A DNA stretch of 13,183 nt from a candidate division WOR-3 bacterium. Lineage in GTDB: Bacteria > Hydrothermota > Hydrothermia > JBDRYB01. The position numbers and the translations under genes are program-made. The stretch spans positions 1-13,183 of the forward strand of contig JBMFOM010000056.1 in the NCBI GenBank assembly GCA_049969615.1, written 5' to 3'. Of this stretch, positions 1-7,718 are shown one piece after another. Position 1 is the first letter of the stretch. Every line of letters starts with the position of its first letter. Under the pieces are notes generated by a model. That model was not told where the DNA came from. It worked only from the letters and a program-made list of their open reading frames with translations, and searched no databases.

Positions 1-83
1 GTGAGGGCTTCTGGTTCTAAAAGTGCGGCCTGGAGCGGATCTTACATGAGACATCCTCTCAATAAGCCTATTCTGGGACAGAC

Positions 84-113
84 TTGATCCTGCAAGGGAA
101 GTAAGGATATAAT
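84..113 (+). promoter_or_regulatory. sigma70-type promoter for the SPFH operon (TTGATC-N18-TATAAT)
   Basis: TTGATC at 84-89 and a perfect TATAAT at 108-113, followed by an AAGGAGG ribosome-binding site at 123-129 and ATG at 135. Confidence 0.7.
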
Positions 114-134
114 TTACAGCATAAGGAGGCTTAG

Positions 135-1079
135 ATGCTTTTCGTTTTTGGGCTTATTGCTTTGATTTTCGGGATAGGCATGTGGTTCATTATTGGCGCG
201 ACAGCAGGCAGGCGCGCCGCTCTCACCGGTGCGATGGGCGCTATAAATGTAGTTCGCTGGATCATATCAGGAACAGCGCTTCTGGTTGGTATAGTTGCCA
301 TACTATTCTCCATCATCGTCATCATCCAGCCCGGCCAGGTTGGCGTTCAGATCCTATTTGGCTCTGCCCTGCCGAATGTCCTCAGGGAGGGACTTCACAT
401 AGTCAACCCGTTCGTTAGGGTTGAAAAGATGAATGTGAGGACACAGGAATACACCATGTCCGTGGTAGGAGAAGAGGGTCAGGTTAAGCGCGACGACAGC
501 ATAGACGCGCTCACGAAGGATGGACTGACCGTAAAGCTGGATGTCACTGTTTGGTACAGGCTCCTGCCCGAGGAGGCCGTGAGTGTCTATAGGAACCTCG
601 GACCAGAATATGTTGCTATAGTGGTTCGTCCCGCGATAAGGACAGCACTCCGTGACGCGGCTAGCTACTTCACCGCAGTTGACATATACGGTGGCAAGAG
701 GGAGGAGTTCGTTTCGCTTTGCAAATCCAAGATGGACGAATCCCTCGCCGGCAAGGGCGTTATCATAGAGAGGGTGCTTCTCAGGAATGTTAGCCTGCCT
801 GATCGCGTCCGCCAGGCCATAGAGGAGAAGCTCAGCGCGGAACAGGAAGCACAGAGAATGCAATTCGTTCTGGAGAGGGAGCGGCTTGAGGCGGAGCGAA
901 AGCGCGTTGAGGCAGGAGGCCTCGCCGATGCTCAGAAGATAATCAACGCGACCCTAACTCCCCAATACCTTCAATACCTTTATCTTACGAGCCTTCAAAA
1001 GATGGCCGAGTCCAACAACACTACCTTTCTGATAGCCCCCTATGACAAGAACTTTCTGCCACTCATAAATATGAGATGA
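135..1079 (+). CDS. SPFH/band 7/prohibitin family membrane protein
   Basis: Two N-terminal TM segments, then typical SPFH motifs (IQPGQVGV..FG, EGLHIVNPF, LTKDGLTVKLDVTVWYRL, VLLRNVSLP) and an Ala/Glu coiled coil (AIEEKLSAEQEAQRM...EAERKRVEAGG). Strong SD. Confidence 0.95.
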   Translation: MLFVFGLIALIFGIGMWFIIGATAGRRAALTGAMGAINVVRWIISGTALLVGIVAILFSIIVIIQPGQVGVQILFGSALPNVLREGLHIVNPFVRVEKMNVRTQEYTMSVVGEEGQVKRDDSIDALTKDGLTVKLDVTVWYRLLPEEAVSVYRNLGPEYVAIVVRPAIRTALRDAASYFTAVDIYGGKREEFVSLCKSKMDESLAGKGVIIERVLLRNVSLPDRVRQAIEEKLSAEQEAQRMQFVLERERLEAERKRVEAGGLADAQKIINATLTPQYLQYLYLTSLQKMAESNNTTFLIAPYDKNFLPLINMR

Positions 1080-2590
1080 TAATCCTTGAACTGCTATCCC
1101 TTTTCGCCAGGGCATACGGCCAGGTCAGCGATGACTATGCCTATTCTTTGGCGGCGGATGCGAGCGGTTTTCTTTTGGCTGGAGGGACTTGGTCTTGGGG
1201 CGGCCAGAACAATATCTTCCTGGTAAAAACCGATACCTATGGGGTTGGTCAATGGGCGGCTGTCTGCGGCGGTGCGGGAAACGAAGAGGCTATGGCGGCT
1301 ATCAGCACATCTGATGGCGGATACGCTATAGCTGGACTCACATACACCTATGGGACCGGCGGAGACATGATCCTCCTCAAGCTTACTGGGGCCGGTTCTC
1401 TCAGCTGGGCGCGTGTGGTGGGCGGGTCATATGCCGACGAAGCCAGGGGTGTCGCTGAGCTCTCCGGCGGTGGCTATGTAGTGACCGGGAGGGCTTTTGT
1501 GTGGGGGAACGGGTATGACCTCATATTCTTCAAGCTGAATCCGGACGGCAGTTACGGAGGATGGATGAGATACTTTGGCGGCACCGCCGATGATTATGGC
1601 AACTGGGTTTACCCGACAACGGACGGGGGATTTGTCATAACCGGAGGAACGACCAGCTACGGTCCTGTCGGAGGGGACAACACCGCTGTTCTGCTCCTGA
1701 ACTCTTCAGGGCTAAGGGTATGGTTCGCGATCGTCAGCGGAAATGGCTCCGGTTCACTGATAGGCCAATCAGTCATCCAAACATCAGACGGCGGTTTTGT
1801 CGTTGCGGGCATTACGAACGCATTCGGTTCAGGGGGCTATGATTTTGTGGTTTTCAAGTTGAATTCATCCGGAGGCCTCCTGTGGGCAAGGGCAATTGGC
1901 GGCCCACAAAACGATTACGCATATTCGGTTGCCGAAACCCAGGATAATGGCCTTGTTGTTGCCGGGACAACTGAGAGCTATGGCCTCGGGAGCAACGAGG
2001 CCATGGTGGTAAAGCTGGACTCATACGGAAATCTCCTCTGGGCAAGGACATTCGGCGGATTTGAGGCTGGCGCGTATGACTATGACTACGGGAGGTCTGT
2101 GGCTGAAACGCCCGACGGACTCATAGCTTTTACTGGTTCCACAAGCTCCTTTGGCCTGAACAGCGGTCTCTATGCCTTTCTGGTCACAATGGGCCAGGAC
2201 GGCGAATATCCCGCTTGTGTTTCGGAGTGTGGACCTGTCGTGACGAGCATATCTCCGAGCGTTAGCACGGTCTCAGGATATAACAATATCAGCCTCACGA
2301 TCTCCTCGCCGGCAGTCAGTTTTTCTGCGGTTGAGCCGAACCAGGTTGACCTTTGCCTCCCCATTGGTACGGATGAGCTTGATCTCGTTGGGGATCAGGT
2401 GCTCTGCCTCTCTGTTCCGGGTGGCCTGGTCTTCAGGGTAAGTGTGGGGATGGACCTTTCGGTATACTCTATTGACGGTGGACTGGTTTATTCCGGCCGG
2501 CTCCAAAAGGGCGAAAACCGGATAAGCCTCGCCCGCGGTGTTTATCTCTGGATGGCGAACGGCCGGAAGGGCAGGGGAGTTGTCCGGTAG
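1076..2590 (+). CDS. Secreted Gly-rich beta-propeller repeat protein with C-terminal T9SS type-A-like sorting domain
   Basis: About 7 repeats of W(AR)xxGGxxxDxAxSVxxTxDGGFVVAGxTxSFGxGxxDxxxxKL, a Ser/Thr/Pro-rich linker, and C-terminal VYSIDGGLVYSG...LARGVYLW...VVR. ATGA overlap with the SPFH stop. Confidence 0.8.
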   Translation: MIILELLSLFARAYGQVSDDYAYSLAADASGFLLAGGTWSWGGQNNIFLVKTDTYGVGQWAAVCGGAGNEEAMAAISTSDGGYAIAGLTYTYGTGGDMILLKLTGAGSLSWARVVGGSYADEARGVAELSGGGYVVTGRAFVWGNGYDLIFFKLNPDGSYGGWMRYFGGTADDYGNWVYPTTDGGFVITGGTTSYGPVGGDNTAVLLLNSSGLRVWFAIVSGNGSGSLIGQSVIQTSDGGFVVAGITNAFGSGGYDFVVFKLNSSGGLLWARAIGGPQNDYAYSVAETQDNGLVVAGTTESYGLGSNEAMVVKLDSYGNLLWARTFGGFEAGAYDYDYGRSVAETPDGLIAFTGSTSSFGLNSGLYAFLVTMGQDGEYPACVSECGPVVTSISPSVSTVSGYNNISLTISSPAVSFSAVEPNQVDLCLPIGTDELDLVGDQVLCLSVPGGLVFRVSVGMDLSVYSIDGGLVYSGRLQKGENRISLARGVYLWMANGRKGRGVVR

Positions 2591-2670
2591 GAACAGCCGC
2601 CGATGTCAATGATTTGGATGCAAACCCATGAGCGTCTTGTGTTTCGCAATTTCGGATTTGGCGAGCGGCC

Positions 2671-3978
2671 CTACAATTTGAAGGCAAAACCTATTGTTAT
2701 TACCGGACCGAATATTCTAAGGTCTCCGTCCTGGAGGTATTCTGATGGAACTCTCCTCCACTTCTCTTTTGATTCCGACGAGGTCCCGGACGAGTCCCCT
2801 TCCAGATAATAGACCCATGGGGTCTGAATGCCGGCCCGCCAGCCTATTAATCCGAAGACAGAAAAGTCCTCGCCGAACAGGAACCGAAGCCCAGCAGAAG
2901 CTCTCAGACCGAGGCCGAAGGTCTCCGCGCCATCGGGTTCGCCCTCCAGGATCACGCCCTCTTTTATGGGTTGATGGTGCCAGAAAAATCCCATACCCAA
3001 ATCGCCAGTAAGGCTCAGGTGTTCCGGGATTATGTCTGTCCTACCAATCCCCATTATCCAATTCTCAAGCCCCCAAGCGGAACCGTGTCTGGTGAATTCA
3101 AGGCCGAACTCCGGCGCCAGCGTGTAATATGCGATAGAAGGCCTGAAGCCGAAATACAGGTCCTTTGCCCTCGCGACAAATCTCTGTTGGTCATAGGCAT
3201 AACCGGCCTCAGGCATTACCCTGACCACCCCTTGCCAGAGCCTCGGTCTAGTCTCCTCGTATAATATATCTCCCCGGCCTATCTCGTATGTCCCATAAAG
3301 GACCTTGGCGCTGGACCAAGACGGATGCGTCTCGGTGATCTCAACCAGTCCGACCCTCCTCCTCGCACCGCCCTTATAGGTTTTCCAGACCGAGTATGTG
3401 TGTCCCTCCTCAACGCCCTGGGATTTGCCTATGTTCACCTCAACCTTCTTGTTCCACCAAGAACCCCTGGTCTTCTCTATCTTGCCCTGGATCCTGAACA
3501 TTTCCCTTATGCTGAGCTTTACATCTGATTCCCAATCCAGCCATGCTATCTCCCTTGCCATTGAGTAGCTCTTCCCAAAACCTGTTCCCTCAACCCTGAA
3601 CCCACCGATTATCTCCCCGGTCTCCACACTTATCAGCCTGAACTCGGAACAATAGCTGTATCTGCAGGTTGTATCCTCCTTGTTTTTGTCCTCATCGGTG
3701 TCCTTGAATATGGCGCTGAATATGATGTCAAGAAGACAGGAGGCCGGTTCCTCCTTTATATACTCAATTGAACCCTTTTCATAGATGTTCCTTGAGGAAT
3801 CCGCATCAAGGTCAAAGGCCAATATGGTCATCGCGGCATGTTCAGATGTTTCAAGTCTTCCGGTCTCGTCCAGTATCCTCTTGACATCTGAGATGGCCTC
3901 TCTTTTGGCCATTTCGGAAGCGGAACCAGGAATGGTGTCAGAGAGGTGAACGGTCAGCGAAACGAGAACACAGATCAT
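2671..3978 (-). CDS. Envelope protein: degenerate CsgG/FlgT-like N-domain + FlgT C-terminal-like domain + C-terminal outer-membrane beta-barrel
   Basis: EFRLISVETGEIIG (CsgG/FlgT-middle-like strand) and VEVNIGKSQGVEEG..Y.V...VGLVEITETHPSWSSAKVL...IGRGD (FlgT_C-like). Amphipathic aromatic/Gly strands end in VITIGFAFKL. Paralogous to the adjacent upstream gene. Confidence 0.65.
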   Translation of the reverse strand: MICVLVSLTVHLSDTIPGSASEMAKREAISDVKRILDETGRLETSEHAAMTILAFDLDADSSRNIYEKGSIEYIKEEPASCLLDIIFSAIFKDTDEDKNKEDTTCRYSYCSEFRLISVETGEIIGGFRVEGTGFGKSYSMAREIAWLDWESDVKLSIREMFRIQGKIEKTRGSWWNKKVEVNIGKSQGVEEGHTYSVWKTYKGGARRRVGLVEITETHPSWSSAKVLYGTYEIGRGDILYEETRPRLWQGVVRVMPEAGYAYDQQRFVARAKDLYFGFRPSIAYYTLAPEFGLEFTRHGSAWGLENWIMGIGRTDIIPEHLSLTGDLGMGFFWHHQPIKEGVILEGEPDGAETFGLGLRASAGLRFLFGEDFSVFGLIGWRAGIQTPWVYYLEGDSSGTSSESKEKWRRVPSEYLQDGDLRIFGPVITIGFAFKL

Positions 3979-3979
3979 G

Positions 3980-4029
3980 AGACCTCTGATAAAGTAGCAA
4001 TGACTTGCTGGTTTGAACCAGGAGCACCT
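3980..4029 (-). repeat. Dispersed intergenic repeat copy (homologous to 11595-11644)
   Basis: Reverse complement of 3980-4015 (caaaccagcaagtcattgctactttatcagaggtct) matches 11609-11644 (caaaccagtaggttatcgctactttatcaggggtct) at 31/36, and all 5 mismatches are transitions. The match extends to aggtgctcct/aggagctcct (40/50 overall). Confidence 0.85.
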
Positions 4030-4058
4030 TGTCCAAGAGAACAGGGTTCTAAGAGGGG

Positions 4059-4160
4059 CCCCTGAAAAATCCCTTCACGAGGGCATTTCCTCAGGGTTCT
4101 CTTCCGGTCATGATTAGACCACCGGATATGGACAAAGGACAAACCGGGATTTTTCAGGGG
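4059..4160. repeat. Perfect 15-bp inverted repeat enclosing 72 bp
   Basis: cccctgaaaaatccc (4059-4073) and gggatttttcagggg (4146-4160) are exact reverse complements. Confidence 0.9.
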
Positions 4161-4170
4161 TTTCATCATC

Positions 4171-5421
4171 TCAGAACCTCGCGCCAAAGCCTGCCCTGAT
4201 TGTTAGTGTACTTGTTTCCATATCCCCGGCAGGCATGTCATTCCTTTCCCACCTTGAGAACGGGGTGAGGTAGAACCCACCCACCTCTGTAAAGGTGTAT
4301 AGGTTTCCAAACCAGAGGTCAAGGCCCAGGGCACCCTCAAAACCATAGAGGGCATTGTGGTAGTAGTAGCCATCAACAGACTGAACCGCGAAGGCGAGGG
4401 GCACTGTCGCGCTGGCATACAGGTTGGACTTATCAGTTATGGAGAGGCCCTTGAAAGCTCCCAGAGAGATCCCGTATGCCTCCGCGTTGCCCCAGCTTAG
4501 GGCAAAACCCCTGAGTTCAGGGCCGAAGAAATTGCAGTCCCTGTCAAAAAGGAGCCGAACCCCTGGGCCTTTTACCCCAAAGTTATTAAATGGCATGTAT
4601 GTGTAGAACGCGGAGATGTCCCACGATCTTGGAGAATGGGTTTCTATTACGCTATCGCCGACCGAAACATTTCCACGGATGACCCTTGCCACCGAGTAGT
4701 CTGGGAAAACCTCCTCTATCACCAAAAGGCTCTTTTCCTTCCTTATTCTGCCGGAGCTCAGCGCTTTGTAAAAGGCCCCTTTCAGTACCCCGCTCTCCCC
4801 GCCCAGGGCTATCACACAATACCTGCCGCCTGTTTCAACCTCATCAACCAGGGCACCGGATCGGAAGACCCTAAGCAGTTCATTCCTTAGGTTATTTCTC
4901 AGGCCGCCCATGGCGGATGTTAGCTTCTCGCCACTGCCATGGCCCTTTATCACCTCAACAACGGCCCCGGATTCAACCTCAACGAACCTCAACGAGACGG
5001 ACAGGGATGTAGTGAGATCGCGTGAGTATTCCTCAACGGAGATCACGCAAGTATATTTGGCTCCAAGCAGTCTGCCCAACTTCACGGCCTCCGAGTCGCT
5101 CAACACCCCGGCGGCCCAGAGTTCCTGTTCCTTCAGGACCTCCTCAAGCCTTGTCCTCTCAACAACGGTCACCCTCTTGGTTTCCCCGAGAAGTGAGGTT
5201 ACCATATCAACCATCCTCCAGGCAAGCTCTTCGTCCTCTTTCCCGGATGATGGCACGACAGCGACCGCTCCGGAGAGGTTTTTGGCATGGGCAAAACCAC
5301 AGGGGAGGCCGAGTAGCAAGATCGTTAGAAATCCTCTGGTGGTGCCAACCGAAAAAAACAACCGAGAACCATTAAGGGATCTCGCGCAAACCGAGCTTTT
5401 TTCAGGGGTTTTTCCCCCCAT
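4171..5421 (-). CDS. CsgG/HfaB-like domain + FlgT C-terminal-like domain + C-terminal outer-membrane beta-barrel protein
   Basis: Signal peptide ending AHA. CsgG/HfaB-type motif VVERTRLEEVLKEQEL...AVKLGRLLGAKY...LRFVEVESGAVV. FlgT_C-like IALGGESGVLKG...LVIEEVFPDYSVARVIRG.VSVGD. C-terminal beta-signal LTIRAGFGARF. Start is uncertain: ATG 5421 preferred (6 nt after TATACT), with ATG 5457 or TTG 5361 as alternatives. Confidence 0.75.
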   Translation of the reverse strand: MGGKTPEKSSVCARSLNGSRLFFSVGTTRGFLTILLLGLPCGFAHAKNLSGAVAVVPSSGKEDEELAWRMVDMVTSLLGETKRVTVVERTRLEEVLKEQELWAAGVLSDSEAVKLGRLLGAKYTCVISVEEYSRDLTTSLSVSLRFVEVESGAVVEVIKGHGSGEKLTSAMGGLRNNLRNELLRVFRSGALVDEVETGGRYCVIALGGESGVLKGAFYKALSSGRIRKEKSLLVIEEVFPDYSVARVIRGNVSVGDSVIETHSPRSWDISAFYTYMPFNNFGVKGPGVRLLFDRDCNFFGPELRGFALSWGNAEAYGISLGAFKGLSITDKSNLYASATVPLAFAVQSVDGYYYHNALYGFEGALGLDLWFGNLYTFTEVGGFYLTPFSRWERNDMPAGDMETSTLTIRAGFGARF

Positions 5422-5427
5422 GGTGAG

Positions 5428-5433
5428 AGTATA
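5428..5433 (-). promoter_or_regulatory. -10 element (TATACT), possibly for a leaderless transcript of the CsgG-like gene
   Basis: Minus strand reads TATACT-ctcacc-ATG(5421). The same ctcacc follows TATAAT at 7864-7875. It overlaps a plus-strand TATAAT at 5430-5435. Confidence 0.4.
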
Positions 5434-5532
5434 ATCCTTCAGACGAAAAGGTTTCATGCCTTAATAGACTTTCCGGAAGGAGGAATTGTTCCATGTGCTC
5501 GCACTATTCCAGTTATGAGAAGGTTTTTCAGC

Positions 5533-5561
5533 TTGATCGCGAAGTGGGCAGGAGTTATAAT
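5533..5561 (+). promoter_or_regulatory. sigma70-type promoter (TTGATC-N17-TATAAT)
   Basis: TTGATC 5533-5538, 17-nt spacer, TATAAT 5556-5561. Same -35 hexamer as 84-89. Confidence 0.6.
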
Positions 5562-5563
5562 TT

Positions 5564-5836
5564 GTGCCTTGGCGAGAAGACTTTCTGGGGAGAGAGAAAG
5601 TATGGAAACAGGAAGTCTTTGAGGTAAAGGTAGTGCTTGACGACGATGTTGAGGAGCTGCTGAAAAACATGGGGCTTCTGGACGGGCTGAAAGCTGGAAG
5701 ACTAACCTGTGCGCTCTGTGGTAATCTGGTTTCCCTGGATAACTTCGGCGGCGTCTTCAGGAAGAACGGGGTGATAAAGGTTTTTTGTAGCGAGCCTTTG
5801 TGTTTCAACAGGGCCATAGAGGAAGCCCACAAGTGA
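5564..5836 (+). CDS. Small hypothetical protein with putative Zn-binding CxxC...CxxxxC motif
   Basis: VLDDDVEELLKNMGLLDGLKAGRLTCALCG...KVFCSEPLC gives four Cys in a zinc-finger-like arrangement. Start is uncertain: GTG 5564 has AGGAG 9 nt upstream but lies only 2 nt after the TATAAT. Confidence 0.75.
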   Translation: MPWREDFLGREKVWKQEVFEVKVVLDDDVEELLKNMGLLDGLKAGRLTCALCGNLVSLDNFGGVFRKNGVIKVFCSEPLCFNRAIEEAHK

Positions 5837-6186
5837 TTCTGATTATAATTCTGATTATAATTCTGAGTAACACTGTAACAGCAGTTATCAGTGGCCTTCT
5901 TGTTTGGCTGATTACCTCTGGAAGATTGCGATTGTGGTGGTTCAAAGGTCGTTACGGCAGGACAAAGAAAAAGATTGAGGACTACATCAATCTTACAGCC
6001 GAATCCATAAATCAGGAGATTGGATATCCGGTTCTGGCGCGAGTCATGGCAAAACGGGATAAATCCTCTGTCAAATTTGGCCATGTGGCCACAGTGAATT
6101 TTCGCCTGCCACGACGCCACGGTAAGATTATATCCACAGAAGGCATCTGTTTTATCTACCAAAGACAATCCGGCATCCGCGGATGA
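5833..6186 (+). CDS. Small membrane-anchored hypothetical protein (117 aa), possibly truncated
   Basis: GTG 5833 overlaps the upstream TGA (GTGA) with GAGGA 9 nt upstream. Hydrophobic N-terminus followed by a basic segment. Its stop overlaps the next ATG (ATGA 6183-6186). About 44% GC by hand count over 5821-6180. Confidence 0.55.
   Translation: MILIIILIIILSNTVTAVISGLLVWLITSGRLRLWWFKGRYGRTKKKIEDYINLTAESINQEIGYPVLARVMAKRDKSSVKFGHVATVNFRLPRRHGKIISTEGICFIYQRQSGIRG
5836..5866 (+). repeat. 12-bp tandem repeat (attctgattata) x2.6, in frame
   Basis: attctgattata attctgattata attctga, encoding ILII-ILII-IL. Confidence 0.9.
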
Positions 6187-7718
6187 TCTTCACCTGGCTT
6201 CTCATTTCCCAGACAAGCTTTGCCAGAGCTTACGGCGGCCCGGATCACGACTGGGCCAGCTCATTGTGCCAGACGCAGGACGGCGGATTTCTGGTTGCTG
6301 GGTCAAGCTGGGGGTTCGGCTCTGCCTGGATTGACATCATGCTCCTGAAGCTCTCGGTATCTGGAACGATCGAGTGGGCAAATATTTACAGGGGCAATGG
6401 CCCGGAGTGGGCCTCCGGGGTCTTCCAGGCCCTGGACGGAGGATATTTGGTCGTGGGCCACACCAGGAGCTTTGGCGCGCGGATGACCGATCTCCTCGTG
6501 ATAAGACTGAAGCCTGACGGGAACGCTGAGTGGGCGAGGTTGATAGGAGGAGAAGATCATGACTATACCCATGGGGCTGTTCGGACCGTTGATTCGGCCC
6601 TTGTTCTGACGGGTGTCCGGCGCAGGGGCCCGGAGGATCAGGACGCTTTTCTCGTGAGGGTTTCCGGAGGTGGCGACCTTGAATGGGCCAGGGCATTTGA
6701 TTTCGGAGGGCTTGATTGTGGGGAATCGGTCATCCAGACACCGGACCGCGGGTTCGCGGTCGCCGGTTGGACAATTGGTCGGGGTGCTGGCTACGCTGAT
6801 TTCCTGGTCGCGAAATTTTCGCCGGATGGGACCCCAGAGTGGTTCAGGGCATACGGCGGGCCAAAGCACGACGCGGCCGGGGCGATTCTTCAGGCAGAGG
6901 ATGGCGGGTTTCTGATTGCGGGGGAAACATGGAGTTTTGGCGCCGGCAAATCCGATATCCTCGTCCTAAAGCTGAGCGCCGGCGGTTCGCTTGAATGGGC
7001 AAGGACATATGGCGGTCCTGGGATTGACATGGCTACCTCCCTCGCCGGAACGACCGATGGCGGATGTCTTGTCCCGGGCCAAACCGAAAGCTACGGCGCT
7101 GGAGAATATGACCTCATTTTGATGAAATTGCGGGATGGAGGAGGGGTAGAGTGGGCGGAGACATTCGGGGGCCCGGGTTCTGATTCTGTTGGTCAGGCCA
7201 TATCCCTGTCTGGTGGAGAACTCGCGGTCGTGGGTTCCTCCGGATCGTGGGGCGGTGGGCTGAGCGATATCTTTGTTCTGGGGCTTCCGGATGATGGGAA
7301 CTACCCCGGCTGTCTGGTTCCCTGCGAGCCGGCAGTTGGAGACGCTTTCCCATCGGAAAGCACGCCGACCCTCGCGGGCGGCGCTCTTGATTTCACAATC
7401 CTGCCGGTCAATCCGACTCTGGTTCAATGTTTCCCCTCCGCGATGGACATCTGTTCTCCATCTGTTGAGGAAGCATCCGGCCATGACCTGTGCCCACCGG
7501 TTGTCTGCTGGCTGGTTCCGGGTGGAGCTGTGTTCCGTTCATCCGTTGATGTGTTCCTGCGGATATATGCGGTTGACGGCAAGGTCGTTTATTCGGGGCA
7601 GTTGAAAAGCGGCGCGAACCTCATTTCCCTTGAGACCGGAGCATATCTCTGGATGGCAGAAGCCCCGGATGGCACCCATACTTGGTTTTCGCGCGTGGGC
7701 AAGGCAGTCGTGCGTTAA
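6183..7718 (+). CDS. Secreted Gly-rich beta-propeller repeat protein with C-terminal T9SS type-A-like sorting domain (paralog of 1076-2590)
   Basis: Starts SFARAYGG. About 7 WARxYGGxxxD...DGGFLxAGxTxSFGAGxxDxxxxKL repeats, a YPGCLVPC linker, and C-terminal VPGGAVFR...IYAVDGKVVYSGQL..G.N.ISLETGAYLWMA...GKAVVR. Confidence 0.8.
   Translation: MIFTWLLISQTSFARAYGGPDHDWASSLCQTQDGGFLVAGSSWGFGSAWIDIMLLKLSVSGTIEWANIYRGNGPEWASGVFQALDGGYLVVGHTRSFGARMTDLLVIRLKPDGNAEWARLIGGEDHDYTHGAVRTVDSALVLTGVRRRGPEDQDAFLVRVSGGGDLEWARAFDFGGLDCGESVIQTPDRGFAVAGWTIGRGAGYADFLVAKFSPDGTPEWFRAYGGPKHDAAGAILQAEDGGFLIAGETWSFGAGKSDILVLKLSAGGSLEWARTYGGPGIDMATSLAGTTDGGCLVPGQTESYGAGEYDLILMKLRDGGGVEWAETFGGPGSDSVGQAISLSGGELAVVGSSGSWGGGLSDIFVLGLPDDGNYPGCLVPCEPAVGDAFPSESTPTLAGGALDFTILPVNPTLVQCFPSAMDICSPSVEEASGHDLCPPVVCWLVPGGAVFRSSVDVFLRIYAVDGKVVYSGQLKSGANLISLETGAYLWMAEAPDGTHTWFSRVGKAVVR

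Noticed and set aside
4070-4100. Hammerhead ribozyme core (CUGAGGA on the minus strand)
   Set aside because: It lacks a properly placed stem II followed by GAAA and a UH cleavage site.
5352-5419. Phase-variable homopolymers (A7, T6, C6) at the 5' end of the CsgG-like gene
   Set aside because: The tracts are short for efficient slippage and the reading frame is intact.
2671-5421. Assigning csgG or flgT gene symbols, or calling a curli or flagellar locus
   Set aside because: Only domain-level resemblance, with no clear lipobox and no csg or flg neighbours.
6130-6138. DnaA-box-like ATATCCACA
   Set aside because: A single imperfect copy inside an ORF, with no cluster or AT-rich unwinding element.
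5461-6168. 235-aa minus-strand ORF and other antisense or nested ORFs in the track (e.g. 354-863, 4910-5434, 6303-6869, 6966-7484)
   Set aside because: They are shadows of better-supported genes, with low-complexity or Ser/Pro/Arg-rich translations and no recognisable motifs.
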